Shown piece by piece: positions 32,477-42,074 of a DNA stretch of 64,000 bases; position 1 is the first letter of the stretch; the number at the start of each line of letters is the position of its first letter. Under the pieces are notes generated by a model. It worked only from the letters and a program-made list of their open reading frames with translations, ran no database searches and was not told the DNA's origin. The stretch spans positions 32,001 through 96,000 of the forward strand of contig CAXXMD010000001.1 of NCBI GenBank assembly GCA_963675755.2, in the 5' to 3' direction. The stretch is from a bacterium (lineage in GTDB: Bacteria; Zhuqueibacterota; Zhuqueibacteria; Residuimicrobiales; Krinioviventaceae). Made by a program: the position numbers and the translations under genes.

Positions 32477-33391
32477 TTAGTTTATCCAATCAAAGAAACC
32501 TATTTTTTTCAACTCCATTTCAAAAGAGACCAATTCTCCCTGACCGAGTGTTCGGTTAGGAAGTCGGTTCGATCCGCAACTCATTCCAATAATTTTCATC
32601 ATTCCTTTTCCGCCTATCAGCCCACCACCGTATTTAATCAGTATTTTAACAAATTCAACAGATCGGCGTTGGTATTCTCGTGCTGTTTCAATATCTCCAT
32701 CTTGAAAAGCTTTAATGATCTGGTTATATACCGGTGCCATATAGTTGTATGTACTGCCCACAGCTCCCTGGGCGCCATAGGTTAATCCGGCAAGTAATAC
32801 TTCATCATATCCGTGTAAAATGTCCCATTTCCCTTCATCCGCATACAGACATTGATACATTTCCATCAGATTATGATGTGTGAATTTGATTCCCGCAAGA
32901 TTAGGGATAAACTCGGAGGCCTGATTCAAGAAATCGGGCATGTTTAACGCAACCCCAGAGATAGAAGGGATATGATAATAATAAAATGGCAATTCGGGTG
33001 CCGCCAGTGCAATAAGCGTACAAAAAGCAACAAGCTCATTGACACTTGAGGGTTGAAGAAAGGGAGGACCCATTGCAGCAATAGCCTGTGCGCCATTTTC
33101 TGCCGCATGTTCTGCCAGTTCGCGGGATTGGCTATAAGAAGTGCTGCCTACATGAACGATGATCTTGAAATTGTCTGTAGCATATTTGCACCATTCTTCT
33201 GTCAGGGCTTTTCTTTCTTCCAGGTTTAACAGCATACCTTCACCACTGGTACCTGCTATAAAAACACCGATAACATTATCATTTTGTAATTTTTTTGCAT
33301 ATTGTTCAATCATATCGAGTTTTATTTCATCATTTTGATTGAACGGTGTAAAAGGCGCTGCAATGAGCCCTTGAGTTTTGATGATTTTCAT
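32477..33391 (-). CDS. nanA: N-acetylneuraminate lyase (DHDPS family)
   Basis: GTSGE, YYYHIP, GIKFT Schiff-base Lys, GYDE, GSTYN; in sialidase operon. Confidence 0.88.
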   Translation of the reverse strand: MKIIKTQGLIAAPFTPFNQNDEIKLDMIEQYAKKLQNDNVIGVFIAGTSGEGMLLNLEERKALTEEWCKYATDNFKIIVHVGSTSYSQSRELAEHAAENGAQAIAAMGPPFLQPSSVNELVAFCTLIALAAPELPFYYYHIPSISGVALNMPDFLNQASEFIPNLAGIKFTHHNLMEMYQCLYADEGKWDILHGYDEVLLAGLTYGAQGAVGSTYNYMAPVYNQIIKAFQDGDIETAREYQRRSVEFVKILIKYGGGLIGGKGMMKIIGMSCGSNRLPNRTLGQGELVSFEMELKKIGFFDWIN

Positions 33392-33413
33392 GGATTCTCC
33401 AAATAAACTGTGA

Positions 33414-36032
33414 TCAATTTTTGCGTTGTAAAAAACTAAACAACCAGCCAGTTATGAAACAGGTTAAAAATCCCGTTGTGGTATAGAGTAAAACATGCAC
33501 GGGTTTGTAAACGCCTACTAGATATTGTACAATAATACTTGCTGCAATTCCCAGAATTGCCCCGGTACCGTTTGCTTTTTTTGAAACAATTCCTAACAAA
33601 AATACACCACCCAGGCTGCCGAGTACAAGCCCCAGTACTTTGTTAAATTCATCCCAGAGGGACTTTATATCCCAGGTTGCCATGAATATTGCAAACAGAA
33701 TTCCCGCAATACCTACAATAAAAGATGCTGTTCTGGCAGCTTTGAGAAAGTGACTGTCACTGCCTTTGCCGAACCGTCTGTGTATATCATTGATATAGGC
33801 AGTCGCTGCCGAGTTAATACTGCTGGATAAACTGGACATGGATGCGGCAAAGATTCCCGCTATGAGCAATCCGCTTACTCCTGCCGGAAGGTTGTTCATA
33901 ATGTACCAGGGAAATATTGCATCCGCTTCTTTTAGCGTAAGACTGATTTGCTGTGGGTTTTGTCGATAGAAAACAAACAATGCCGTACCTATTGTAAAGA
34001 ATAATAATGTGGCGGGTATGACCATAATTGCATTTGTCCAGACGGTTTTTGATGCCGCTTTTGTCGAGTTTACCGTAAGGTAACGCTGTACCATTGTCTG
34101 GTCTGTACCATAAGTGGTTATGTTTGTAAAAATAGAAGCAATGATAACAGTCCAGAATCCGGGTTGTTTAAGATCAAATACCATGTTCAGAATGTTGAAT
34201 TTCTGATAATCAATCCCGGTTTCTACAATGCCTGTTAGCCCGTGGGGTACATGTACAATAATTAAAATTAGAGAAAGCAAAGCGCCTCCCAGCAGGACAA
34301 TGACCTGTAAAACATCCGTCCAGATTACAGCTTCAATACCCCCAATTGCTGTATAAATCAGGCTGAAAATCCCCATAAGCAGGATACAGGTAAAAATATC
34401 AATACCGGTCACAACATTGAGCGCTATGGAAGGGAGGAACAATACAATACCCATACGCCCAATCTGGAATATGATAAATGTCAGACTACCAATCAATCTG
34501 GTAAGCAGATTGAAACGGACTTCGAGATACTCGTAAGCTGTGGTGATATTTAATTTACGGTAATAGGGGACGAACAGAATTACAATGACCGGGGCAATCA
34601 TGAAAATACCCATATTAAGCATAAAATAAGACCAGTCTGTTGTAAATGTTTTTGCAGGGATGGCCATAAATGTAATTGCGCTGAGTGCTGTACCAAATAA
34701 CGATAATCCCGCGGCCCACCAGGGAATACGTCCGCCGCCTTTGAAAAAATCGTTGGTGCTTTTTTGTCGTTTGCTGAAATACCATCCCATTACCGCAAGT
34801 ATGCTAAAATAGATAACCAATACCATGGAATTGATCCAACCGAATTTTTCCGTACCTTCAGGAATGGATATTAAAGAGATTTTAGGCGTTCTTACTCCGG
34901 GGTGAATTTCACCGGAAGGGAGTATAAATTTATCTTTCCAGGGCACGAGTGAAGTCGTGACCTGGGTGGGGACTTGCAGCGTGTCAAACGTGTATAATTT
35001 GGATGTGATGGTATTGTAAACCCGAATTTCTCTGTTGAATCCTTTATGGTTTACCAGATGCTGTTGCAATTGATATTCAAGTTCTTTATAGGCTTTTGAA
35101 CCGGGTCTTTCATTCGCCAATGATTGCTTTATTTTTTGTTCCTTTAACAGGCCTGATCCATCAGCGGCACCGGGAAAGACAATGTTGTTTGCGCCAATGG
35201 CAAAACCTGTTCCTGCCATTACAGGGAATTGCGTTTCTCCGTTGGGGGCAAGATTCTTCCAGGTATTGAAAACCGGATCATAGGCATACCCATCAGTAAG
35301 AACATCAATACCTGCTTTTGTTTCGTTTCGACCGCTGAATAAATATATATTATTGTTCACTCCATTACTTTGTACAACTGCAACGGGGAGTTTGCGTGGC
35401 GGTCCCGGCCAGGGATCCAGGGTTTGCCATTGAAAATCGGTACTATTCATTTTAGACAGATCAAGGCTGTAAAAATGGCGGGTTTGGTCTCCGTTTAATG
35501 TACTTTTTCCTCCAAGTACATATACTGTTTGGTCGATTTGTACTGCTGCATGATTGCAAAGGGGGACAGGTAGATCCGGTAAATCAGTAATTTTAATGGA
35601 TTCCGATTCAGGATCCCACTTCATGATAAATACATTTGCACATATTGAGTTTTGATCATTACCGCCAATGCATAAAACTCCCTGATTGAGAGTGAGGGAT
35701 GCTCCATAAGCCACAGGCAAAGGTAGCGCAAAAGTCTTTGGGTGCCAGTGCGGATTGTTTTCATCTTCAAGATGCAATACATAGATATCGTTATGATAAA
35801 TCTTTGTTCCGCCTTCCCAGGGCAACTTTTTCGGGAAATTTGCCCCTCCGGCAATGAGCAGGGCATTGTTGCTGATTCCTGCAAAGGCACCGGCTACCCC
35901 AGGTTGTGTACCCATATTCTGAAGTGGCGGGATCTCTGGTAGTTGATCAAGCTGGATTTGATTCGCCGCAAAAACTGAAATGTTGATTATAGTTATAAAA
36001 ACGAGTAAAAATCGAAGCGTTTTAATTATCAT
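33414..36032 (-). CDS. Fusion of Kelch-repeat NanM-like (cyclically permuted) mutarotase and SiaT-like sodium:solute symporter
   Basis: AGGANFP..PWEGG, SGEIHPGVRTP; then SAITFMAIPA, AYEYLEVRF, DQTMVQRYL SSS motifs. Confidence 0.9.
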   Translation of the reverse strand: MIIKTLRFLLVFITIINISVFAANQIQLDQLPEIPPLQNMGTQPGVAGAFAGISNNALLIAGGANFPKKLPWEGGTKIYHNDIYVLHLEDENNPHWHPKTFALPLPVAYGASLTLNQGVLCIGGNDQNSICANVFIMKWDPESESIKITDLPDLPVPLCNHAAVQIDQTVYVLGGKSTLNGDQTRHFYSLDLSKMNSTDFQWQTLDPWPGPPRKLPVAVVQSNGVNNNIYLFSGRNETKAGIDVLTDGYAYDPVFNTWKNLAPNGETQFPVMAGTGFAIGANNIVFPGAADGSGLLKEQKIKQSLANERPGSKAYKELEYQLQQHLVNHKGFNREIRVYNTITSKLYTFDTLQVPTQVTTSLVPWKDKFILPSGEIHPGVRTPKISLISIPEGTEKFGWINSMVLVIYFSILAVMGWYFSKRQKSTNDFFKGGGRIPWWAAGLSLFGTALSAITFMAIPAKTFTTDWSYFMLNMGIFMIAPVIVILFVPYYRKLNITTAYEYLEVRFNLLTRLIGSLTFIIFQIGRMGIVLFLPSIALNVVTGIDIFTCILLMGIFSLIYTAIGGIEAVIWTDVLQVIVLLGGALLSLILIIVHVPHGLTGIVETGIDYQKFNILNMVFDLKQPGFWTVIIASIFTNITTYGTDQTMVQRYLTVNSTKAASKTVWTNAIMVIPATLLFFTIGTALFVFYRQNPQQISLTLKEADAIFPWYIMNNLPAGVSGLLIAGIFAASMSSLSSSINSAATAYINDIHRRFGKGSDSHFLKAARTASFIVGIAGILFAIFMATWDIKSLWDEFNKVLGLVLGSLGGVFLLGIVSKKANGTGAILGIAASIIVQYLVGVYKPVHVLLYTTTGFLTCFITGWLFSFLQRKN

Positions 36033-36732
36033 TTTCGTTTTCCTGTTGAATGAATTCCCAATACGGTGCAAGATGTGCTTTTATTGCATGACGATAAGAA
36101 TCAGCGTCTGATTTTTTCAAACAAGCAAAAATATCCCGATGGGTCACAATGCTTTTATTTTTTTCGAGGGTTTCATTTATAGGTCGCAAATATCGTTCAT
36201 AATTGGTTTTAACAAATGCAAAGACAGGATACATGATACTTTGCAGTTGGTTTATAAAGTCGTTTCCGGCGATTTGATGGATGCGCTGATGAAATTCCTG
36301 TTCGCTTTCAATGCTTGTGTAATTGAGGCCAAGGAGTTTTTCACGTTCCAGAATGTGTTCCAGATCGGTTATATCATTCTCATGTAACCGGGCAAAGATC
36401 AAGTCGGTCATACCAATCTCGAGAGCAATACGCATACCCATTAGATTTTTTATAGTCTTTTCGCTGAGCAGTCTTGGTGCAAGTGTGCGTTGAAAACCAA
36501 TAAGCGGTTTGGGTTCAGTAATTATAATACCCCGTTTGGTACGGGATTGTAAAATACCCAACATCCGCAATCTGCTCATTGCCTCCCTGACCACATTTCT
36601 ACTCACGCCAAACATTTCTGTAAAGCGGGCTTCATTTGGCAGCATGTCACCGGGGACAAGGTCTTCTTGCCTGATATATTCAAGGATTTTTTCTTCTATT
36701 TGATCGGCCAGTGGCCTTGAATCTATTTCCAT
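36022..36732 (-). CDS. GntR/FadR family transcriptional regulator
   Basis: GDMLPNE..FGVSRNVVREAM HTH; FCD domain with EFH. Confidence 0.93.
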   Translation of the reverse strand: MEIDSRPLADQIEEKILEYIRQEDLVPGDMLPNEARFTEMFGVSRNVVREAMSRLRMLGILQSRTKRGIIITEPKPLIGFQRTLAPRLLSEKTIKNLMGMRIALEIGMTDLIFARLHENDITDLEHILEREKLLGLNYTSIESEQEFHQRIHQIAGNDFINQLQSIMYPVFAFVKTNYERYLRPINETLEKNKSIVTHRDIFACLKKSDADSYRHAIKAHLAPYWEFIQQENENDN

Positions 36733-36747
36733 GATACAACTCGTTTG

Positions 36748-36771
36748 ATTTGTCCTATTTGTAGGACAAAT
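36748..36771. promoter_or_regulatory. Palindromic operator, probably for the FadR-type regulator
   Basis: ATTTGTCCTA-tttg-TAGGACAAAT perfect inverted repeat 15 nt upstream of the regulator start. Confidence 0.7.
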
Positions 36772-36893
36772 TAAATATTCATACTTAAATTATCAAGGAA
36801 TACTTTTTTTATTTTCTTGTGATTTTGTTATGATTTGGATATTTTAAACTGTTAGCATTCAGTCTAGTTATCTGGTAAATATATGGAGTCAAG

Positions 36894-38318
36894 ATGAGTC
36901 AGCATCCTGTAAATCGAAGATCTTTTTTGAAGTCGGCAGGCTTTATGGGGGGAGCTCTGACATTACCTTTTGTTTTTAGTAAATGCGCGAAAAGACAGAA
37001 ACATAATGTATTATTTATTTCCATAGATGATTTGAACGACTGGGTAGGTTGTATGGGAGGGCATCCTGATGTGAAAACACCAAATCTGGATCGGTTAGCC
37101 AAACGCGGTGTTTTATTCAACAAAGCGTATTGTGCTGCTCCCGCTTGTAATCCATCCCGGGCAGCCCTGATGACAGGAATACGGCCCTCAACCTCGGGTG
37201 TATATATAAACTCGCAACCCTGGCGGACAAGCGAAGTGCTGAAAAATGCGGTGACTATACCTCAGCACTTTATGGCACATGGATATACTGCCAAAGCAAG
37301 CGGCAAGATTTATCATGGAAATTATCCGGACCCGCAATCCTGGCAGGAATACTGGCCGTCCCAGCAACAAAATAAACCTGACGATCCACTGCCACCAGCT
37401 GACACTTTGCCCATTAACGGTATACCTAATACCCGGCATTTTGACTGGGGTCCATTAGAAAATGCCAGTGATGAAATGGGAGACTGGAAGGTAACAGATT
37501 GGGTGATTGATCAATTACAGCAAAAACATGAAAAACCTTTTTTCCTGGGTTGTGGAATATTTAAACCACATTTGCCCTGGTTTGTGCCCAAGAAATTTTT
37601 CCACATGTATCCGCTGGAATCAATTACTTTACCGGAGGTGAATGAAAACGATTTTGATGATATACCCCAGGCTGGCGATGATATTGCGAGACACCATGAC
37701 CATGATAATGTGTTAAAATATCATCAATGGAAGAAAGCTGTACAAGGATATTTGGCAAGTATCAGTTTTGCGGATGAATGTTTGGGCCGTGTTCTGGATG
37801 CTCTGGATAACAGTGCCTATAGGGATAATACCATCATTGTTTTATGGTCTGATCATGGATGGCATTTGGGTGAAAAACTACACTGGAGGAAATTTGCATT
37901 ATGGGAAGAAGCTACTCATAATGTAATGATGTGGGTTGTACCGGGTATGACTTCACCGGGCTTGCAATGTGATTCACCAGTGAACCTGTTGGATATTTAT
38001 CCTACATTAATTGAGCTTTGTGATTTGGGACCCAAACCCGAGCTTGAAGGAACGAGTTTGCTGCCATTACTTGAAAATCCCAGTTCTTTGTGGGAAAGGC
38101 CATCTTTGACGACACATGGCAAGAATAATCACAGTCTTCGCAGCAATCGTTGGCGGTATATACAATATGCAGATGGAAGTGAAGAGTTGTATGACCATGA
38201 TAATGATGGGTTAGAATGGACCAATCTGGCAATGGATGAAAAGTATGGTTCCGTAAAACAAGAGCTGAAACAATGGCTGCCCAAAACCAATGTTGAGCCT
38301 ATTGCGAGTGATCGTTAA
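36894..38318 (+). CDS. Tat-exported sulfatase (iduronate/choline sulfatase-like)
   Basis: NRRSFLK, IDDLNDW, CNPSRAALMTG, KPHLP, SDHGWHLGEK. Confidence 0.93.
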   Translation: MSQHPVNRRSFLKSAGFMGGALTLPFVFSKCAKRQKHNVLFISIDDLNDWVGCMGGHPDVKTPNLDRLAKRGVLFNKAYCAAPACNPSRAALMTGIRPSTSGVYINSQPWRTSEVLKNAVTIPQHFMAHGYTAKASGKIYHGNYPDPQSWQEYWPSQQQNKPDDPLPPADTLPINGIPNTRHFDWGPLENASDEMGDWKVTDWVIDQLQQKHEKPFFLGCGIFKPHLPWFVPKKFFHMYPLESITLPEVNENDFDDIPQAGDDIARHHDHDNVLKYHQWKKAVQGYLASISFADECLGRVLDALDNSAYRDNTIIVLWSDHGWHLGEKLHWRKFALWEEATHNVMMWVVPGMTSPGLQCDSPVNLLDIYPTLIELCDLGPKPELEGTSLLPLLENPSSLWERPSLTTHGKNNHSLRSNRWRYIQYADGSEELYDHDNDGLEWTNLAMDEKYGSVKQELKQWLPKTNVEPIASDR

Positions 38319-38340
38319 TTTGATTGTTCAGAGGTGCTGA

Positions 38341-38976
38341 TTGAAAAATTCTCTTTTTATTATAGGATTCTACCTGCTGTCAGGTTTTTCCTGTATACTG
38401 GGACAAGTTGAGGAACAATCCGATTCAGTTAAAATGCAGATTTTTATCTCATTTCTGCAAGAGCATTTTGATGATATTCATGACGTGACCATGTATTATC
38501 ATCATCAAAATGCGGATTTGAATGGATTAATCGTTCTGAATATGGACTGGCAGGACGGCAGACTGGTTGAAGCAGTGGCTGTTGAAAATAAAGCCGGAAA
38601 TGATCAGCTTGTAAACGATTTAATCACGGTGTTGAAAACATGGGAAATTGATAATTTAGGTCCGTTACAAACGCAACTTCCTCTAAGAGTAAAGATTGTA
38701 GGCAAGGATGATCCTGAATTCCTGCATACAGGGATTATAACCGGAGAAATTATCGATGCCGCGGGCAGTCCGTTAAGCGGAGCGAAAATTTCTTTCAAGG
38801 GTGAGGCATCTGTACCTGATGCCCGGACCAATCGAAAAGGTATATTTGTAAGAACATTGATTCCACCGGGGAAATATGATGTATATTTAACGGTTCAGGA
38901 TAGCGAATCAGTAATGATTAAATCGGTAGACCTGAGTGCTGGTAAACATGAACGAATAAATTATATTTTACAATAA
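38341..38976 (+). CDS. Secreted protein: TonB-C/AgmX-PglI-like domain plus carboxypeptidase-regulatory-like domain
   Basis: Signal peptide; ITGEIIDAAGSPLSGAKI, RTNRKGIF, IPPGKYDV. Confidence 0.6.
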   Translation: MKNSLFIIGFYLLSGFSCILGQVEEQSDSVKMQIFISFLQEHFDDIHDVTMYYHHQNADLNGLIVLNMDWQDGRLVEAVAVENKAGNDQLVNDLITVLKTWEIDNLGPLQTQLPLRVKIVGKDDPEFLHTGIITGEIIDAAGSPLSGAKISFKGEASVPDARTNRKGIFVRTLIPPGKYDVYLTVQDSESVMIKSVDLSAGKHERINYILQ

Positions 38977-38987
38977 TTCTTTTAAAT

Positions 38988-39017
38988 AAAAAAAAGGGGC
39001 AAAAGCCCCTTTTTTTT
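38988..39017. terminator. Bidirectional terminator
   Basis: A8-ggggc-aaaa-gcccc-T8 between convergent genes. Confidence 0.85.
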
Positions 39018-41955
39018 ATTTATTAATGTTGTTGGCAATTACAGAGCGTGCATAATAGAATATAAAAGGATTTTGTTCAAAACAAGATAGATTATGTGCC
39101 AACATATTTTCTATAGTGTTTTTAACAGGTACTGCATCTTTGTTGGATTCTTTGAGCATGTACAAATATTCTGCGTCTTCTAAACCATCACGAAGATTTT
39201 CAAAACGAATTGATGTTACAGGTGGTGCAATCAGAGCTTGTTGTGGTTTATCTCGTTGTGGTGGATAGATCAGACGTCCGTCACCATTACCCCACATACC
39301 GCCATCTTGATTTACAGACATGGCCTGTTCCCATGGATTTTGGCGCCAATATGTAATTCGCCAGTATAAGCATCCATCTGCCTGGTACTTGTCTACCATC
39401 CATGAACGAATACGATGATTGATGGCGGGATGATCAATAAAGTTATTAGGATACGGTGCTTTGGGTCCTGTACATACATACCACCAAACTTTTTCACCCA
39501 ATGTTTGACGTTCAAGGCTGCGTTCGGGATTGAAATGGTTAAAGATCGGGACCCATAAATTTATTGAATCATAAAAATATGGAGCCGGGGCATCTTCATG
39601 GTTAAATGTCAACAGTCTGTGCATATCGGGACATGCTTCTTTTAGTAACTGAAATCCCGGCAAAATATCCGAATAAGATGCTATTGGTGGTTCATCCACC
39701 CAGTACCAGTATACTTTATCAAGCCAGCCTTTTGCTCTTAGGTGCTCCTGGATTTGGCCATAAATCATTTTAAACTGACGATTGTATTCCGGAGAATAAC
39801 GCGGGTTGCCATTCAACTCTGCCGGCAGCCCACCAAATCTGAACGAATTGAAATGAAACTCGTCCAGATAGCGTTCCATTGCAATGTCAAAGTTTGTATA
39901 GTCCATTTCTACCTGGCTGAAATCGCTGGAAAATTTCCAGGTTATGGGAGAGTAGCGATGCGGGCTGTAAGGAGAAATTCGCCGTTTTGCGCAGAATTGC
40001 ATATACAAATCATAGGTTTGCTTTTCTTGTTCTTTTGTCAAGTTACCGTGATAATCTTTATTTATGTGTATTCCATAGGCAGTTTCAGTATGTGTTTCCT
40101 TAGAAAGTGTGAAATCATAAACCTGAACCGTTAACGGAATTTGGGCTATCTTTTTGTTTCGGCTCATAATTTGAATATTTCCAATATAAATGCCTGCCTG
40201 TTGATCAGGATTAGCATAGACAGTTATCCAGAATGGCTGGTTTTGATTTGCATTTAATGTGACAAGAGTGTTCAAGTCGGGCAAAGCATCCGGCCACCAG
40301 CCCCGGCTTCCAAATACATCAGAAGTATCTTGAATTTCTACATATTCAACAAATTGAATGCTAATATTTTCGTTGTTGATTGCAGCGCCATTACTGGTAT
40401 GCAAATCAGAAACGTTGATACTAACATCTGGCAAGATTTTATCAGGATTTATTACAATCTGAAAAGGCTCATATTCATGTTTTGCCAAAGACAAGTTGAT
40501 CCCTTGTAATTCAAAACCGGGAACGGGTTCTACTCGAGATACTTTTTCGATTGAGGGACAATACCAAATATTGGCATTATTTTGTGTTAAAAGTTTGGAT
40601 TTAAGTGTGTATAGACGATCCAACACAGCATATGGATTATTATTAATCAGCTTTTCATCAATTCCTTCAAGTCGTTTAGCTAGGTTCTTTTTTAACCAAC
40701 TCTCGCAATCTTTTTTACGTGATATTTCAAGAGTGTGCTGGTAAAGTGTTTTAGCAGCTTCAATGGGAAGGTCTATTTCGAATTGTTTATTAGCAGGTAT
40801 TTTAAAGCCTTTTCCGTTATTATCTAACAGGTATAGCCTGCGACCCAGATCTGGTGCCTCCAACAATACGTTCAAATAGAAAGTAGAGACATCGGGACGA
40901 AGTAATGTAAATGTTCCATCCCCATTGTCTTTGACACCATTCTCTAATTTAATGAAATTCGAGTCCAGCATTTCAACCAGAGGTTTATAGGTGACTGGGG
41001 TGCCATTGGGGCCATATAGTTTCAATTTTAATTTACTTTCACCCTTGAAAATAAAAATAGGTTCTATCTCTTTTACCTTTTGATTTATTGTAACCTCGCT
41101 TTTGATCCAATAAGGTCCATCGGGTTGATCTTTCCAGGAGAGTGTAACAGGTTTTCCCAAAATGCTGTTTCTTTCAGCGAGAACTGTTCCTTTGCCATTA
41201 ATTAATAATGTTTTATAAACGGGCTTTTTTTCAAGAAGCATTAACCGTGATGTTCTACCAATATTGAGCGTTAACTCTTTATCAGACCATTTTTTTTCAA
41301 TAAGAAAATCAGGATTTGTGTTTTGGGCCAGTTCTTTAATTTTTTCTTCAGGATCAACAACCCGGGCGTAAAATCCCCAACTGCCTCTGCCCTGATCTAT
41401 TTTCAATAAAAGCAGGTTTTTCCCTTTTTTTACATTGGTCCAGACCCAGTCGTTATCTTTTGTTGCCCCGCGTGAACGGTGGTTATCCCAAATCATTTCA
41501 CCATTTAGCCATGCTCTTATTCCATCATTACTACCCAAACCCAGCATAATTTGTTGATCTTTATTTGATTCAAGATAACAGGCGGCATATCCCACTGCGG
41601 GGACTGTGGTGTTGAATATTTTTTTGAGGTCAATATAATCATTATCTTCATTGACAAGGTGCCATTGTCGTATCTGGTTGTCAGGTCCAGTGATTTTTAG
41701 TCCTGGTTCAGGAATTATTCCAGTTTCTCCGCCAGCGGATTTCAAATAGTCAATATAAAAGCCAAGAGTTGTTTCATCATGCAGATATTCTGTAACACCT
41801 TCTTTTAACGGATTGGGGAATGGACCACAAACAATCCATTCTTGAATAAAATCTTTACTGTTGACATTCATTACCGGAATATTATTGCTAAGCGCAGAGT
41901 TGACGAATCCGGCTAGTATAAAAAAATAGATAAATAATTCTGCTTTCTTCCGCAT
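39016..41955 (-). CDS. Secreted GH123-like / DUF4091 glycoside hydrolase with N-terminal PA14-like domain
   Basis: AKHEYEPFQI, WPDAL, WVDEP, VWWYVC, NGDGRLIYP, SIRFENLRDGLEDAEY; AGGAG RBS before 41955. Confidence 0.8.
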   Translation of the reverse strand: MRKKAELFIYFFILAGFVNSALSNNIPVMNVNSKDFIQEWIVCGPFPNPLKEGVTEYLHDETTLGFYIDYLKSAGGETGIIPEPGLKITGPDNQIRQWHLVNEDNDYIDLKKIFNTTVPAVGYAACYLESNKDQQIMLGLGSNDGIRAWLNGEMIWDNHRSRGATKDNDWVWTNVKKGKNLLLLKIDQGRGSWGFYARVVDPEEKIKELAQNTNPDFLIEKKWSDKELTLNIGRTSRLMLLEKKPVYKTLLINGKGTVLAERNSILGKPVTLSWKDQPDGPYWIKSEVTINQKVKEIEPIFIFKGESKLKLKLYGPNGTPVTYKPLVEMLDSNFIKLENGVKDNGDGTFTLLRPDVSTFYLNVLLEAPDLGRRLYLLDNNGKGFKIPANKQFEIDLPIEAAKTLYQHTLEISRKKDCESWLKKNLAKRLEGIDEKLINNNPYAVLDRLYTLKSKLLTQNNANIWYCPSIEKVSRVEPVPGFELQGINLSLAKHEYEPFQIVINPDKILPDVSINVSDLHTSNGAAINNENISIQFVEYVEIQDTSDVFGSRGWWPDALPDLNTLVTLNANQNQPFWITVYANPDQQAGIYIGNIQIMSRNKKIAQIPLTVQVYDFTLSKETHTETAYGIHINKDYHGNLTKEQEKQTYDLYMQFCAKRRISPYSPHRYSPITWKFSSDFSQVEMDYTNFDIAMERYLDEFHFNSFRFGGLPAELNGNPRYSPEYNRQFKMIYGQIQEHLRAKGWLDKVYWYWVDEPPIASYSDILPGFQLLKEACPDMHRLLTFNHEDAPAPYFYDSINLWVPIFNHFNPERSLERQTLGEKVWWYVCTGPKAPYPNNFIDHPAINHRIRSWMVDKYQADGCLYWRITYWRQNPWEQAMSVNQDGGMWGNGDGRLIYPPQRDKPQQALIAPPVTSIRFENLRDGLEDAEYLYMLKESNKDAVPVKNTIENMLAHNLSCFEQNPFIFYYARSVIANNINK

Positions 41956-42033
41956 ATGAGAGGCTCCTTGAAAATGTTTGTAAAAGGGGTTTGTAAATAA
42001 ATTGATCAGGTTTTTTATTATGCCTGTAAAGAT

Positions 42034-42063
42034 GTGAGAACGAGCGTTTTTACCCGTTCTCAC
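42034..42063 (-). terminator. Intercistronic hairpin
   Basis: gtgagaacg / cgttctcac stem just after the 42075 stop. Confidence 0.55.
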
Positions 42064-42074
42064 TTTTGATGGAT

